A stretch of 64,000 bases of DNA from Solirubrobacterales bacterium (GCA_036375215.1 DASUSH010000094.1:1314-65313); one strand, 5' to 3'. Positions 36,573 to 44,588 are shown, counted from the first letter of the stretch. The notes: a model not told the origin generated them from the letters alone. Translations and numbers: made by a program.

Positions 36573-37136
36573 GTGTCCGTGGTGACGCCGTTCGTGGCGG
36601 CGGGCGGAGTGCTCGTCTGGCTCGAGCCGTGGACGTTCCCGGTCGCGCTGTGGAGCTGGGCGCACGCGTGGGCGATCCCGATGCTCTACGGGCGGCGCGC
36701 CGGGCGGGCGCTGGTGCCGATCGGGAGCCCGCGCAGCGCGGCGCACGCCGACGCGGAGGCGGATCGGGTCGCGCTGGGGCTGCTCGGCGACCTGCTCGGC
36801 CATCGCGAGCGCGAGCTGATGGCGGCCACCGGGCTGGCGTTGCAACGCGGGGCGCTCGGGGTCTGGCTGCTCGGGGAGAAGGGGGCGCTGCTCGTGCGGC
36901 CCGGGGGGCGGCGCGTGGACTCGTGGTGCGTGCGGATCGCGGACCCGGGCGGGCTGCCGGCGGGCGACCGCGTGGCGCACCTGCTGCTCGCGCTGCGGGA
37001 GGACGAGGAGGGGTTCTGCACGATCGCCAACATGGACTTCTCGGGGGCGGCTTGGCGGGTGCGGCGGCACCTGCCCGAGCGGGCCCGGCCGGCGCTCGAC
37101 GAGGGGCGGAGAGTCGCGCGCGGGGGCAGCGGGTAG
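36573..37136 (+). CDS. Hypothetical protein with N-terminal hydrophobic segments
   Basis: 187-aa ORF starting at GTG. The N-terminus is Trp-rich and hydrophobic (VLVWLEPWTFPVALWSWAHAWAIPMLY). The frame stays open upstream to about 36405 but only CTG/ATC codons are available there, so the start is uncertain. I do not recognise a family. Confidence 0.45.
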   Translation: MSVVTPFVAAGGVLVWLEPWTFPVALWSWAHAWAIPMLYGRRAGRALVPIGSPRSAAHADAEADRVALGLLGDLLGHRERELMAATGLALQRGALGVWLLGEKGALLVRPGGRRVDSWCVRIADPGGLPAGDRVAHLLLALREDEEGFCTIANMDFSGAAWRVRRHLPERARPALDEGRRVARGGSG

Positions 37137-37145
37137 GAGCTTGTC

Positions 37146-38276
37146 ATGGTGAACCCGGGGCGGGATCTGCGCGACACGGCGACGCCGTACAAGGTCGTCA
37201 TCCTCGGGTTCGCGCTGCTCGCGGCCGGCCTGCTCTTCCGCGAGCTGGTGACGCTGATCGTCGCGATCCTGATGACGGTCCTGATCGCGATCCCGCTGGC
37301 CGCGACCGCGACGCGGCTCGAGCGCGTCGGGATCCCGCGTTTCCTCGGCGCGCTCGCCGGGCTCCTGATCGGCTTCGGGGTGCTGGCGGCGGTGTTCGCG
37401 CTGATCATCCCGCCGTTCGTCGACGAGGTCGAGCGGTTCGCGGACGAGGTGCCGACGATCGTGCAGGACCTCGAGCAGGACGTCGGCGGGCTGGTCGGGG
37501 ACTCGGACGGCAGCGAGGTCCAGGACTTCATCCAGGGCTTCGTCGACGATCCGGGCAAGCTGATCGGGCCGGTGACGTCCCTGGGCATCTCGGTGGCGGG
37601 GGTCCTGGGCGCGATCGCGCTGATGGTGATCACGGCCTACTACATGGCGGTGCGCCCCGAGCCGCTGGTGCGCTCGATCGCGTCGCTCTTCCCGCCGTCG
37701 CGCCGGCCCTGGGCGAACCACGTGATGGACCGGCTGCGCGACGCCTGGATCGGGTGGATGCAGGGGATGCTCGCCGACATGGTGATCACGGGGGTGCTCG
37801 TCTACATCGGGCTCTCGGTGATCGGGCTGGATTTCGCGATCTTCTTCGCGGTCTTCTCGGCGGTGCTCGTGCTGATCCCGTACTTCGGCGCGATCATCGG
37901 GGCGATCCCGCCGGTGCTGTTCGCGCTCGCGGACTCGCCGCAGAAGGCGCTCCTGGCGCTCGCGATCTACGTGCTGATCCAGCAGATCGAGGGCAACATC
38001 ACGATCCCGCTGGTGATGGCGGACCGGGTCAGGCTGCACCCGGCGGCGGTCGCGATCGGGGTGGTGATCGTCGGCCAGCTCTTCGGCTTCATCGGGCTGT
38101 TCGTGGCCGTGCCCCTGCTCTCGCTGATCATCATCCTGGTCGACGAGCTGTGGGTGAAGCAGGTGGAGGCCGGGGACATGCGGGCGGCGAGCGAGGGCGA
38201 GGCGCGCGAGAAGCTGGCCGAGGCGGAGCCGGAACCCGACTCGGAGCTCGAGGTCGTGCGCAGCCGATCCAGCTAG
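37146..38276 (+). CDS. AI-2E family transporter (PerM/UPF0118)
   Basis: 376 aa with about 8 TM helices. The conserved C-terminal region reads IPYFGAIIGAIPPVLFAL...IQQIEGNITIPLVM. Confidence 0.88.
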   Translation: MVNPGRDLRDTATPYKVVILGFALLAAGLLFRELVTLIVAILMTVLIAIPLAATATRLERVGIPRFLGALAGLLIGFGVLAAVFALIIPPFVDEVERFADEVPTIVQDLEQDVGGLVGDSDGSEVQDFIQGFVDDPGKLIGPVTSLGISVAGVLGAIALMVITAYYMAVRPEPLVRSIASLFPPSRRPWANHVMDRLRDAWIGWMQGMLADMVITGVLVYIGLSVIGLDFAIFFAVFSAVLVLIPYFGAIIGAIPPVLFALADSPQKALLALAIYVLIQQIEGNITIPLVMADRVRLHPAAVAIGVVIVGQLFGFIGLFVAVPLLSLIIILVDELWVKQVEAGDMRAASEGEAREKLAEAEPEPDSELEVVRSRSS

Positions 38277-38286
38277 GCGGGCCGCG

Positions 38287-40326
38287 TCAGCGGCGGCGGA
38301 CGCGCTCGCAGTTCGAGGCGACGCTCGTGCGGCGCTTGGTCAGGACGAGGTCGAAGCCCTTTCCGCAGGTGATCACGTTGCGTCCGTGGAGGTCCTGGAT
38401 GCGGTCGTCGCCGTCGCCGCCGTGAAGCCGGTCGGCGCCGCGGCCGCCGGCGAGGCGGTCCTCGCCGCGGTTCCCGCAGATCCAATCGTCGCCGTGGAGC
38501 CCGTGGACGTCGTTGGGGTCGACCGTGCCGGCGATGACGTCGGCGCGGTTCGTGCCGCGGGTGAGGGGACCGGCGATGATCGTCGCGTCGAGGCCGTCGC
38601 AGGTCGGCTCGCCGGAGGTTCCGCGCTGCAGCTCGTAGGCGCCGATGTCGGTGCCGTCGCCGCCGGGCGGACGGGGGCGGCCGAAGGAGACGGGGCGCGT
38701 CGAGCCGCGCTGGTCGGTGGTGAAGCCGAGGCTCGTCCCCTGGTCGATCGCGGGGCTCGAGGCCGGCAGGGCGCGCGTGCGCGTGGGGCCGCCGTTGTCC
38801 TTCAGGTCGGCGAGCATGGGGTTGGTGGCGGTGAGGTCGGTCGGCTTCGAGAAGCCGCAGCTCGACCCGTCGTCGAGGTTGAAGCCATCCGAGGTGATCG
38901 TGCGGTTGCCGCAGCTCGGCGGGCCGCCGAGCGGGTTCGCGACGAGCGTGTTGGCCAGGCGGAACGTGGCGTCGGTGTTGGCGAGGTTCGCTCCGGCGGT
39001 CGCGGTCACCGCGGTCGCCTCGTTGTCGGCGATCGTGGACGCGGCAATCCGGGCGCGGCTGCCGTCGCGGTTGTCGATGCCGCCGCCGACCGCGGCGCTG
39101 TTGCCGCTCAGGGTGAGGAGCTGGGCGAAGAGGTCGGAGTCGCCGGCGCTGGAGAGGCCGCCGCCGGCAATGACGGAGGTGTCGGGATCGTGGCGGTCGC
39201 CACCGCGGACCGTGTTGCTTCTGACCGTGCTCGACTGGAGGAACACGACGCCGGTGCCGCGCAGCCCGCCGCCGAACGCCGTCTGGCCGCGCTTCTCGTT
39301 GTGGTCGCCGGCGCCGCCGCGCACCGCGTTGTCGCTGATCGTGGAGTCGACGATCTCGGCGCCGTTCGCGAGGATGCCGCCGCCGGCGGCGTTGCCGCCC
39401 CAGGGGCCGGGGCCGCCGCGGGCGGTGTTCGCGTCGAGGGACGTGCCGGTGATCGAGACCTCCTGGTCCGAGACCGAGGCGATGCCCCCGCCGTTCCCCT
39501 CACCGCCCCGGCGCCCGCGGCTGTCGCCGTACCGGTCGTTGCCGCCCTCGCCGCCGGCCGCCTGGCCGCCCGCTACGCGGCTGTCGATGATCGTCAGGGC
39601 GCCCTGGTTCCAGATGCCGCCGCCCCAGCCCGTGCCGCCCTCGCCCGCGTGGCCGCCGAGGATGCAGCGGGCCGGCGCGTCGCCGCCGAACCCGCCCTGG
39701 GCGGTGTTGCCGGCCACGAGGGTGTGACTCAGGGCGAGGCTGGCGCCGGGGCCGTTGAAGATGCCGCCGCCGAATGCGTTGCCACCGGACCCGCCCGAGT
39801 CACCGCACACACCGTTGCCGCCGCTGCCGGCGAGTGCGAGGCCGCCGCTCACCTGCACGGAGTCGAGGGAAAGCGTGCCGAGGTTGTAGATGACGCCGCC
39901 CCCGATCGAGCCGCCGTTCTGGGCGGTGCTCCCTGAAGGACCGTAGGCGGTGCCGTTGGCGATCGTGAGGTTCGAGATTCGGGCGCTGCCGCGCGGCTGG
40001 CCCGCGATGTTGAAGACCCGGATGTTGTTGTTCCCGGAGATCGTCAGGGCCTGGACGCCGGGCCCCTGGATCTCCATGTCGCTCTGGACCGAGAGCTCGC
40101 CCTGGGCGAGCTTGATCGTGCCGGTGACACCGGTGTCGAAGACGATGGTGTCGTGGGCCGGGTGGGCGTTGGCCTGGATCATGGCCTGGCGCAGCGACCC
40201 GGGGCCGGGATCGTTGGTGTTGCTGACGTGGAAGGTGTCGGCGGCAGCCGGAACAGCCGCGCAGAGCGACGCCAGGACCGCGATGGTCCCCGCTCCGACC
40301 AACCTGTGGCGAATCATCCGTGACAA
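38287..40326 (-). CDS. Secreted right-handed beta-helix / PMP-repeat protein (CSLREA-like N-terminal motif) with RTX-type Cys-bracketed C-terminal module
   Basis: 679 aa with a signal peptide (AVPAAADT). The GSLRQAMIQAN motif resembles the CSLREA domain. There are many GGG[IL] Gly-rich beta-helix repeats and a choice-of-anchor-Q-like DQRG..R segment. The C-terminal end carries GGxGxD nonapeptides ending CGKGFD...NCERVRRR. Confidence 0.75.
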   Translation of the reverse strand: MSRMIRHRLVGAGTIAVLASLCAAVPAAADTFHVSNTNDPGPGSLRQAMIQANAHPAHDTIVFDTGVTGTIKLAQGELSVQSDMEIQGPGVQALTISGNNNIRVFNIAGQPRGSARISNLTIANGTAYGPSGSTAQNGGSIGGGVIYNLGTLSLDSVQVSGGLALAGSGGNGVCGDSGGSGGNAFGGGIFNGPGASLALSHTLVAGNTAQGGFGGDAPARCILGGHAGEGGTGWGGGIWNQGALTIIDSRVAGGQAAGGEGGNDRYGDSRGRRGGEGNGGGIASVSDQEVSITGTSLDANTARGGPGPWGGNAAGGGILANGAEIVDSTISDNAVRGGAGDHNEKRGQTAFGGGLRGTGVVFLQSSTVRSNTVRGGDRHDPDTSVIAGGGLSSAGDSDLFAQLLTLSGNSAAVGGGIDNRDGSRARIAASTIADNEATAVTATAGANLANTDATFRLANTLVANPLGGPPSCGNRTITSDGFNLDDGSSCGFSKPTDLTATNPMLADLKDNGGPTRTRALPASSPAIDQGTSLGFTTDQRGSTRPVSFGRPRPPGGDGTDIGAYELQRGTSGEPTCDGLDATIIAGPLTRGTNRADVIAGTVDPNDVHGLHGDDWICGNRGEDRLAGGRGADRLHGGDGDDRIQDLHGRNVITCGKGFDLVLTKRRTSVASNCERVRRR

Positions 40327-40383
40327 CGCTTCGGTCGTACCTCCCTGTACCCGCGGCGAGCGTACCGGATTACGTACCGTTTG

Positions 40384-40500
40384 TCACGTATAGCCGGCGA
40401 TGAGCCGAACGTACGGACGGCCGCGGCGGTTCACGCGGATCTCCTCGCCCGTGGCGGCGCGCTCCATGTACCAGCCGAAGCGGTTGCGGAACTCGTGGGC
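40384..40500 (-). pseudogene. Remnant of a Phd/YefM-type antitoxin (N-terminal ~38 codons only, no start codon)
   Basis: The translation HEFRNRFGWYMERAATGEEIRVNRRGRPYVRLIAGYT* matches the N-terminal half of prevent-host-death antitoxins. Upstream codons are GTA/ACC/ACG (no start), and it is read in frame with the tRNA. Confidence 0.4.
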
Positions 40501-41019
40501 GCCTACGGTCGTCGGCGCGGGTTCGGGTGAAGTGGAGCTGGGGGGATTCGAACCCCCGACCTTGCGGCTGCCAGCCGCACGCTCTCCCAACTGAGCTACA
40601 GCCCCAGACAGGGTGAAATCGGCAGCGAAGTGTACCGCCGCGCGCTGGCGATTCTTGGGTGGAGAAAGTCGTAGCTGCACCGCGCTGAGGCCGTCGACCA
40701 CATCCATCGGCAGGAAGAAGTTCCGATCGAGCTCATGGCTGTGAGCGACGAATGCGTCCACGTCATCCGCGCTGTACCGACGCCGGACGTAGCCCTTCGG
40801 CGAATGCCAACTACTCACAAGCCCAACGACCAGAACGTCGCCTCGACGGTGCGCGGATTTGCATTGAATCTTCAGCAGGTCTCCCGAAAGCGAAAACACG
40901 AGGTCCGCCCGCGCGTGCTCGGACATGGGCTTGTAGACCTCGACCCCGAGCCGCATCGCCTCCAGGGCGATCGCCGTCTCGGCGACGCATCCGAGGTGGT
41001 TCGGCGTCTGGCTCGTCAC
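40384..41019 (-). CDS. PD-(D/E)XK endonuclease-like ORF (PDDEXK_5 / group-I-intron-associated type); the frame has no stop before the tRNA and runs through it
   Basis: The first ~138 codons (41019 to ~40606) carry GCVAETAIALEAMRLGVEVYKP...ADLVFSLSGDLLKIQCKSA...VDAFVAHSHELDRNFFLPMD...LRLSPPKNRQ, which fits PDDEXK_5. Codons 139-162 are the tRNA-Ala sequence and the rest is the Phd remnant. Local G+C is about 58-60% (35/60 and 36/60 in two hand-counted lines). Confidence 0.65.
   Translation of the reverse strand: MTSQTPNHLGCVAETAIALEAMRLGVEVYKPMSEHARADLVFSLSGDLLKIQCKSAHRRGDVLVVGLVSSWHSPKGYVRRRYSADDVDAFVAHSHELDRNFFLPMDVVDGLSAVQLRLSPPKNRQRAAVHFAADFTLSGAVAQLGERAAGSRKVGGSNPPSSTSPEPAPTTVGAHEFRNRFGWYMERAATGEEIRVNRRGRPYVRLIAGYT
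40533..40605 (-). tRNA. tRNA-Ala (anticodon GGC)
   Basis: The minus strand reads GGGGCTGTAGCTCAGTTGGGAGAGCGTGCGGCTGGCAGCCGCAAGGTCGGGGGTTCGAATCCCCCAGCTCCA. This folds as a 73-nt cloverleaf with the G3:U70 Ala identity pair, anticodon loop CTGGCAG and a GGTTCGAATCC T-loop. CCA is not encoded. Confidence 0.93.
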
Positions 41020-41071
41020 GAACGCATGTTCGCATGCAGGAATGCACGGATGTGCGACGGAACGTGCCGGT

Positions 41072-41794
41072 CTACGCGGCCTCGGCCTCGTCGGCGAGGT
41101 CGAGGATGAGGCGGCCGTCGCGGACGCTTCTGACCTGGAAGTCGAACGGGGCGCGCTCGCCGAGCTCGCGGAGGAGGTCGACCGGCTCGGACAGCTTCAG
41201 GTCGAGCGACGCCCGGCCCGCCGAGAACCGCGTCACCGAGATCTCGCTCGTCGCCTCGATCGCGCCGGCGGCGTCCTCGAACCCGACGAGCTGGGAGAAG
41301 TCCGCGAGCGGCCCGATCTCCAGCTGGACGATGCCCTCGAAGAGGTCGGCGGGCGCCGCCGGGCGAACTCCGAACGTGCTCTCCGGCGCCTCCGCCGCGG
41401 TCTCGGCGGCAGCCGCGTGCTCGGCCGCCGGCACGGGCTCGCGCGAGCCCGCCCCCTTCGGGTCCGCGCCGGCGATCGACGCCGCCTGGCGCAGCGCCTG
41501 CATCCGCACCCGCGTGGCGTAGCCGCGCGCCTGCGCGCACACGTCGTCGATCTGCGCTCTCAGCGCCGCCAGCTCGCGCTCACGCTCCACGACCCGCCGC
41601 GAGAGGTGCGTCCCCACCCGGTCGAGCTCGTCGATCCGCGCGTAACTCTCGGTCAGGGCGGCGTCGCGGGCCGCGATCGCCTCGTCGCGGTCGGCGACGC
41701 CTCGGCGCCAGTACGACACCTCCTCGCCGCGCACGACGAGCCCCGCGTCGCGCTCCGCGAGCGCCGCGTCGCGTTCGGCGATCGCGCCGTCCAC
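41072..41794 (-). CDS. DivIVA-motif coiled-coil protein
   Basis: 240-aa ORF from GTG at 41794, with heptad-rich repeats (AERDAALAERDAGL...). The in-frame codons just upstream encode LFRRALFGYRPAEVD, the DivIVA-domain signature. The true start is therefore probably non-canonical, upstream at about 41833-41845. Confidence 0.6.
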   Translation of the reverse strand: MDGAIAERDAALAERDAGLVVRGEEVSYWRRGVADRDEAIAARDAALTESYARIDELDRVGTHLSRRVVERERELAALRAQIDDVCAQARGYATRVRMQALRQAASIAGADPKGAGSREPVPAAEHAAAAETAAEAPESTFGVRPAAPADLFEGIVQLEIGPLADFSQLVGFEDAAGAIEATSEISVTRFSAGRASLDLKLSEPVDLLRELGERAPFDFQVRSVRDGRLILDLADEAEAA

Positions 41795-41885
41795 CTCCGC
41801 GGGGCGGTAGCCGAACAGCGCCCTTCTGAACAGGCCTCCTGCGATGGGCGAAAGCTAGGCGCGCCGTCGGACGAAGCCGCGGTCG

Positions 41886-42260
41886 TCAGAGCTCGAGCTT
41901 CGGCGCCTCGCCCCAGAGCTGCTCGAGCCGGTACAGCTCGCGGGTCTCGGGCACGAACACGTGCAGGACCGCGTCGAGGTAGTCGAGCAGGATCCAGCGC
42001 GCCTCGCGCTCGCCCTCGGCCCGGGCCGGCAGCAGGCCCTCCGCCTTCAGCTGCAGCCGTGCCTCGTCCGCGATCGCCTTCGCCAGGCGCTCGTTCCGCG
42101 CCGACGCCAGCACCAGGTAGTCCGTGTAGCCGACCAGCCCGCGCATGTCGAGGACGACGATGTCGGTCCCCTGCTTCGCGTCCGCGATCGCCGCCAGTCG
42201 CCGCGCGAGCTCCTCCGTGTCGAGCGCCCGCTCGGCGCGGCTAGCCTCCATAGAGGCCAC
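41886..42260 (-). CDS. rsfS: Ribosome silencing factor RsfS (iojap)
   Basis: 124 aa with DIVVLDMRGLVGYTDYLVLASARNERL and WILLDYLDAVLHVF. Confidence 0.9.
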   Translation of the reverse strand: MASMEASRAERALDTEELARRLAAIADAKQGTDIVVLDMRGLVGYTDYLVLASARNERLAKAIADEARLQLKAEGLLPARAEGEREARWILLDYLDAVLHVFVPETRELYRLEQLWGEAPKLEL

Positions 42261-42837
42261 GCTCCTCGATCAGCTCGACCACGGGGTCGGGCACCAGGTG
42301 GCGGATCGGCCGCCCCTCGCGCACCCGCTCGCGCACCTGCGACGACGAGACGCCGATCGCGGGCATCTCGACCGCCGCGGCCTCCCCGGCGCCGGCGCCG
42401 AGCCGCTCCAGCACCTCGTCGAGATCGGCGCGCATCACCTCGGCGCGCGGCGCGATCCCGAGCCGCGCCAGCTCGACGACCCGCTCGGGCCGCCGCCAGG
42501 ACTCGAGGGCGAGCGCCGCGTCGGCCCCCATCAGCCAGACCAGCTCCGCCTCGGGCTCCTCCCCGTGGAGCGCCTCCAGCGTCTCATAGGTGTAAGACGG
42601 CCCGTCCCGGCGCAGCTCCAGGTCCGAGACCTCCACCCCGTCCGCCGCGCCCGCCGCCAACCGCGCCATCTCGGCGCGCACGCCGGCGCCGGGGTCGTCG
42701 GCGATCGTCTTGTGGGGCGCGACGCCGGTCGGCATCAGGAGCACCCGCTCCAGGCCGAGCTGCCAGCGCGCCTCCTGGGCGAGCACGAGGTGGCCGAGAT
42801 GGGGCGGGTTGAACGCCGAGCCGAGCACGCCCAACAC
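42241..42837 (-). CDS. nadD: Nicotinate-nucleotide adenylyltransferase
   Basis: 198 aa with GSAFNPPHLGHL (the HxGH motif) and a SSSQVR-type C-terminal motif (GVSSSQVRERV). Confidence 0.9.
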   Translation of the reverse strand: MLGVLGSAFNPPHLGHLVLAQEARWQLGLERVLLMPTGVAPHKTIADDPGAGVRAEMARLAAGAADGVEVSDLELRRDGPSYTYETLEALHGEEPEAELVWLMGADAALALESWRRPERVVELARLGIAPRAEVMRADLDEVLERLGAGAGEAAAVEMPAIGVSSSQVRERVREGRPIRHLVPDPVVELIEERGLYGG

Positions 42838-42879
42838 CTTCGCCGGACCGGGAACGGTTTCCCCCGAGGCCGTATGCCG

Positions 42880-44145
42880 CTACTCCCGCACCTGGCCGGT
42901 GCCGTGGAGCACGTACTTCATCGTCGTCAGCTCGCGCAGCCCGATCGGGCCGCGAGCGTGCAGCTTCTGGGTCGAGTTGCCGATCTCGGCCCCCATCCCG
43001 AACACGAAGCCGTCGGTGAAGCGCGTTGAGGCGTTCACGTAGACGCAGGCCGCGTCGACGAGCCCGGTGAACTGCGATCCGACCTTGTCCGAGCCGGTCA
43101 CGATCGCCTCCGAGTGCCCGCTGCCGTACTCATTCACGTGCTCGATCGCCTCCGCGAGCGAGTCGACGACCGCGACGGCCATCTTCATGCCGAGGTACTC
43201 AGTCTCCCAGTCGGCCTCCGTCGCCTCGCCGACCTCGACGTCCCCGGCGGCCGCGCGCACGCGCCCGTCGCCGACGAGCTCGACCCCCGCCGCGCTCAGG
43301 TCGGCGAGGACCCCGGGCAGGAACGCTTCGGCGACGTCGGCGTGGACGAGGAGGGTCTCGGCCGAGTTGCAGACGCCGGGGCGGTCCACCTTCGCGTTGA
43401 ACGCGATCGCCCGCGCCATCTCGAGGTCGGCGTCCGCGTGGACGTAGACGTGGCAGTTGCCCGACGCGGCGTACATCACCGGCACCGTCGCGACCTCCGT
43501 GAGCGCCGCCTTCAGTCCCTCTCCGCCGCGCGGGATCAGCAGGTCGACGAGCCCGTCGGCGCTCGCCATCTCGGCGAGCTCGGAGCGCTCGCCGCTCGTC
43601 AGCAGCTCGACCGAGCCCTCGGGCAGCCCGGCCTCCGCCACCGCGTCCCGCATCACGGTCGCCAGCACCGCGTTCGAGCGGGCGGCGCTCGAGGAGCCGC
43701 GCAGCACGATCGCGTTGCCGCTCTTCAGGGTCAGCGCCGCGCAGTCGATCGTCACGTTCGGCCGCGCCTCGTAGACGACGCCGACGACGCCCAGCGGCAC
43801 CCGGACCTTGCGCAGCTCCACCCCGGAGGCGAGCGTGCGCTCCTCGAGGAGCTCGCCGACCGGGTCGGGCAGCGCGATGATCGCCCGCAGGCCCTCGGCC
43901 ATCGCGGCAACCCGCGCCGGCGTCAGCGTCAGCCGGTCGAGCAGCGCCGCGTCGAGCCCGGCCCCGGCCCCGGCCTCGACGTCGGCCGCGTTCGCCTCGA
44001 GGATCTCGTCGGTCCGCTCGGCGAGCAGCTCGGCCGCGCGCTCGAGCGCCGCGTCCTTGGTCGCCGAATCGGCGGTCGCGAGCAGGTGCGAAGCCCGCTT
44101 CGCGGACTCGCAGACCTCGAGCGTGCTTCGCGTCGCGATCGCCAT
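42880..44145 (-). CDS. proA: Glutamate-5-semialdehyde dehydrogenase
   Basis: 421 aa with VYEARPNVT, CNSAETLLVH (catalytic Cys) and NASTRFTDG. Confidence 0.95.
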   Translation of the reverse strand: MAIATRSTLEVCESAKRASHLLATADSATKDAALERAAELLAERTDEILEANAADVEAGAGAGLDAALLDRLTLTPARVAAMAEGLRAIIALPDPVGELLEERTLASGVELRKVRVPLGVVGVVYEARPNVTIDCAALTLKSGNAIVLRGSSSAARSNAVLATVMRDAVAEAGLPEGSVELLTSGERSELAEMASADGLVDLLIPRGGEGLKAALTEVATVPVMYAASGNCHVYVHADADLEMARAIAFNAKVDRPGVCNSAETLLVHADVAEAFLPGVLADLSAAGVELVGDGRVRAAAGDVEVGEATEADWETEYLGMKMAVAVVDSLAEAIEHVNEYGSGHSEAIVTGSDKVGSQFTGLVDAACVYVNASTRFTDGFVFGMGAEIGNSTQKLHARGPIGLRELTTMKYVLHGTGQVRE

Positions 44146-44151
44146 GCTCGT

Positions 44152-44157
44152 AGGGTA
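44152..44157 (-). promoter_or_regulatory. Candidate -10 box TACCCT, 6 nt upstream of the proA ATG
   Basis: The minus strand reads TACCCT-acgagc-ATG, which fits TANNNT. There is no room for a Shine-Dalgarno sequence. Confidence 0.3.
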
Positions 44158-44195
44158 ACCATCCGGCCCGGCGCGGCCGGGGCACCGGCATTGCG

Positions 44196-44573
44196 ATGAG
44201 CGAGCTGATCCACACCTGCTACCGCATCGGCGACATCGACCGCTCGGTCGCCTTCTACGAGGCGCTCGGATTCGAGGAGCGGCGCCGCAAGCCGATCCGC
44301 GACGAGGCGATCAACGTCTTCATGGGCCTCCCCGGCGACGGCGACCGGCTCGAGCTGACCTACAACCACGGCGTCGACTCCTACGACCTCGGCGACGGCT
44401 ACAACCACGTCGCGATCACCGTCGACGACCTGCACGCGACCGTCGAGCGCCTCGCCGCCGCGGGGATCGAGCCCGAGAGACCCCCGTACCGGGCCCGCAA
44501 GGGCGGCTCGCTGATCTGCTTCGTGCGCGACCCGGACGGGTACCGCGTCGAGCTGATCGAGCGGCGGATGTAG
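44196..44573 (+). CDS. gloA: Lactoylglutathione lyase / VOC-family glyoxalase I
   Basis: 125 aa with HTCYRIGDIDRSVAFYE, LELTYNHG, GYNHVAI and FVRDPDGYRVELIE. Confidence 0.85.
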   Translation: MSELIHTCYRIGDIDRSVAFYEALGFEERRRKPIRDEAINVFMGLPGDGDRLELTYNHGVDSYDLGDGYNHVAITVDDLHATVERLAAAGIEPERPPYRARKGGSLICFVRDPDGYRVELIERRM

Positions 44574-44588
44574 ACCCGCCCCGACGCG

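Noticed and set aside
36192-38039. 615-aa minus-strand ORF and 619-aa plus-strand ORF (36566..38425) over the AI-2E transporter region
   Set aside because: Both are extremely Arg/Pro/Asp/His- or Arg/Gly/Ala-rich and have no domain signatures. The alternative frame (37146..38276) encodes a clean polytopic AI-2E transporter.
41020-41071. Short palindromes (GAAC-GCAT-GTTC, GCATGC, GCAC-GGAT-GTGC) upstream of the PDDEXK gene as an operator or att site
   Set aside because: The stems are only 4 bp and are not repeated elsewhere in the window. This is insufficient to call a regulatory site.
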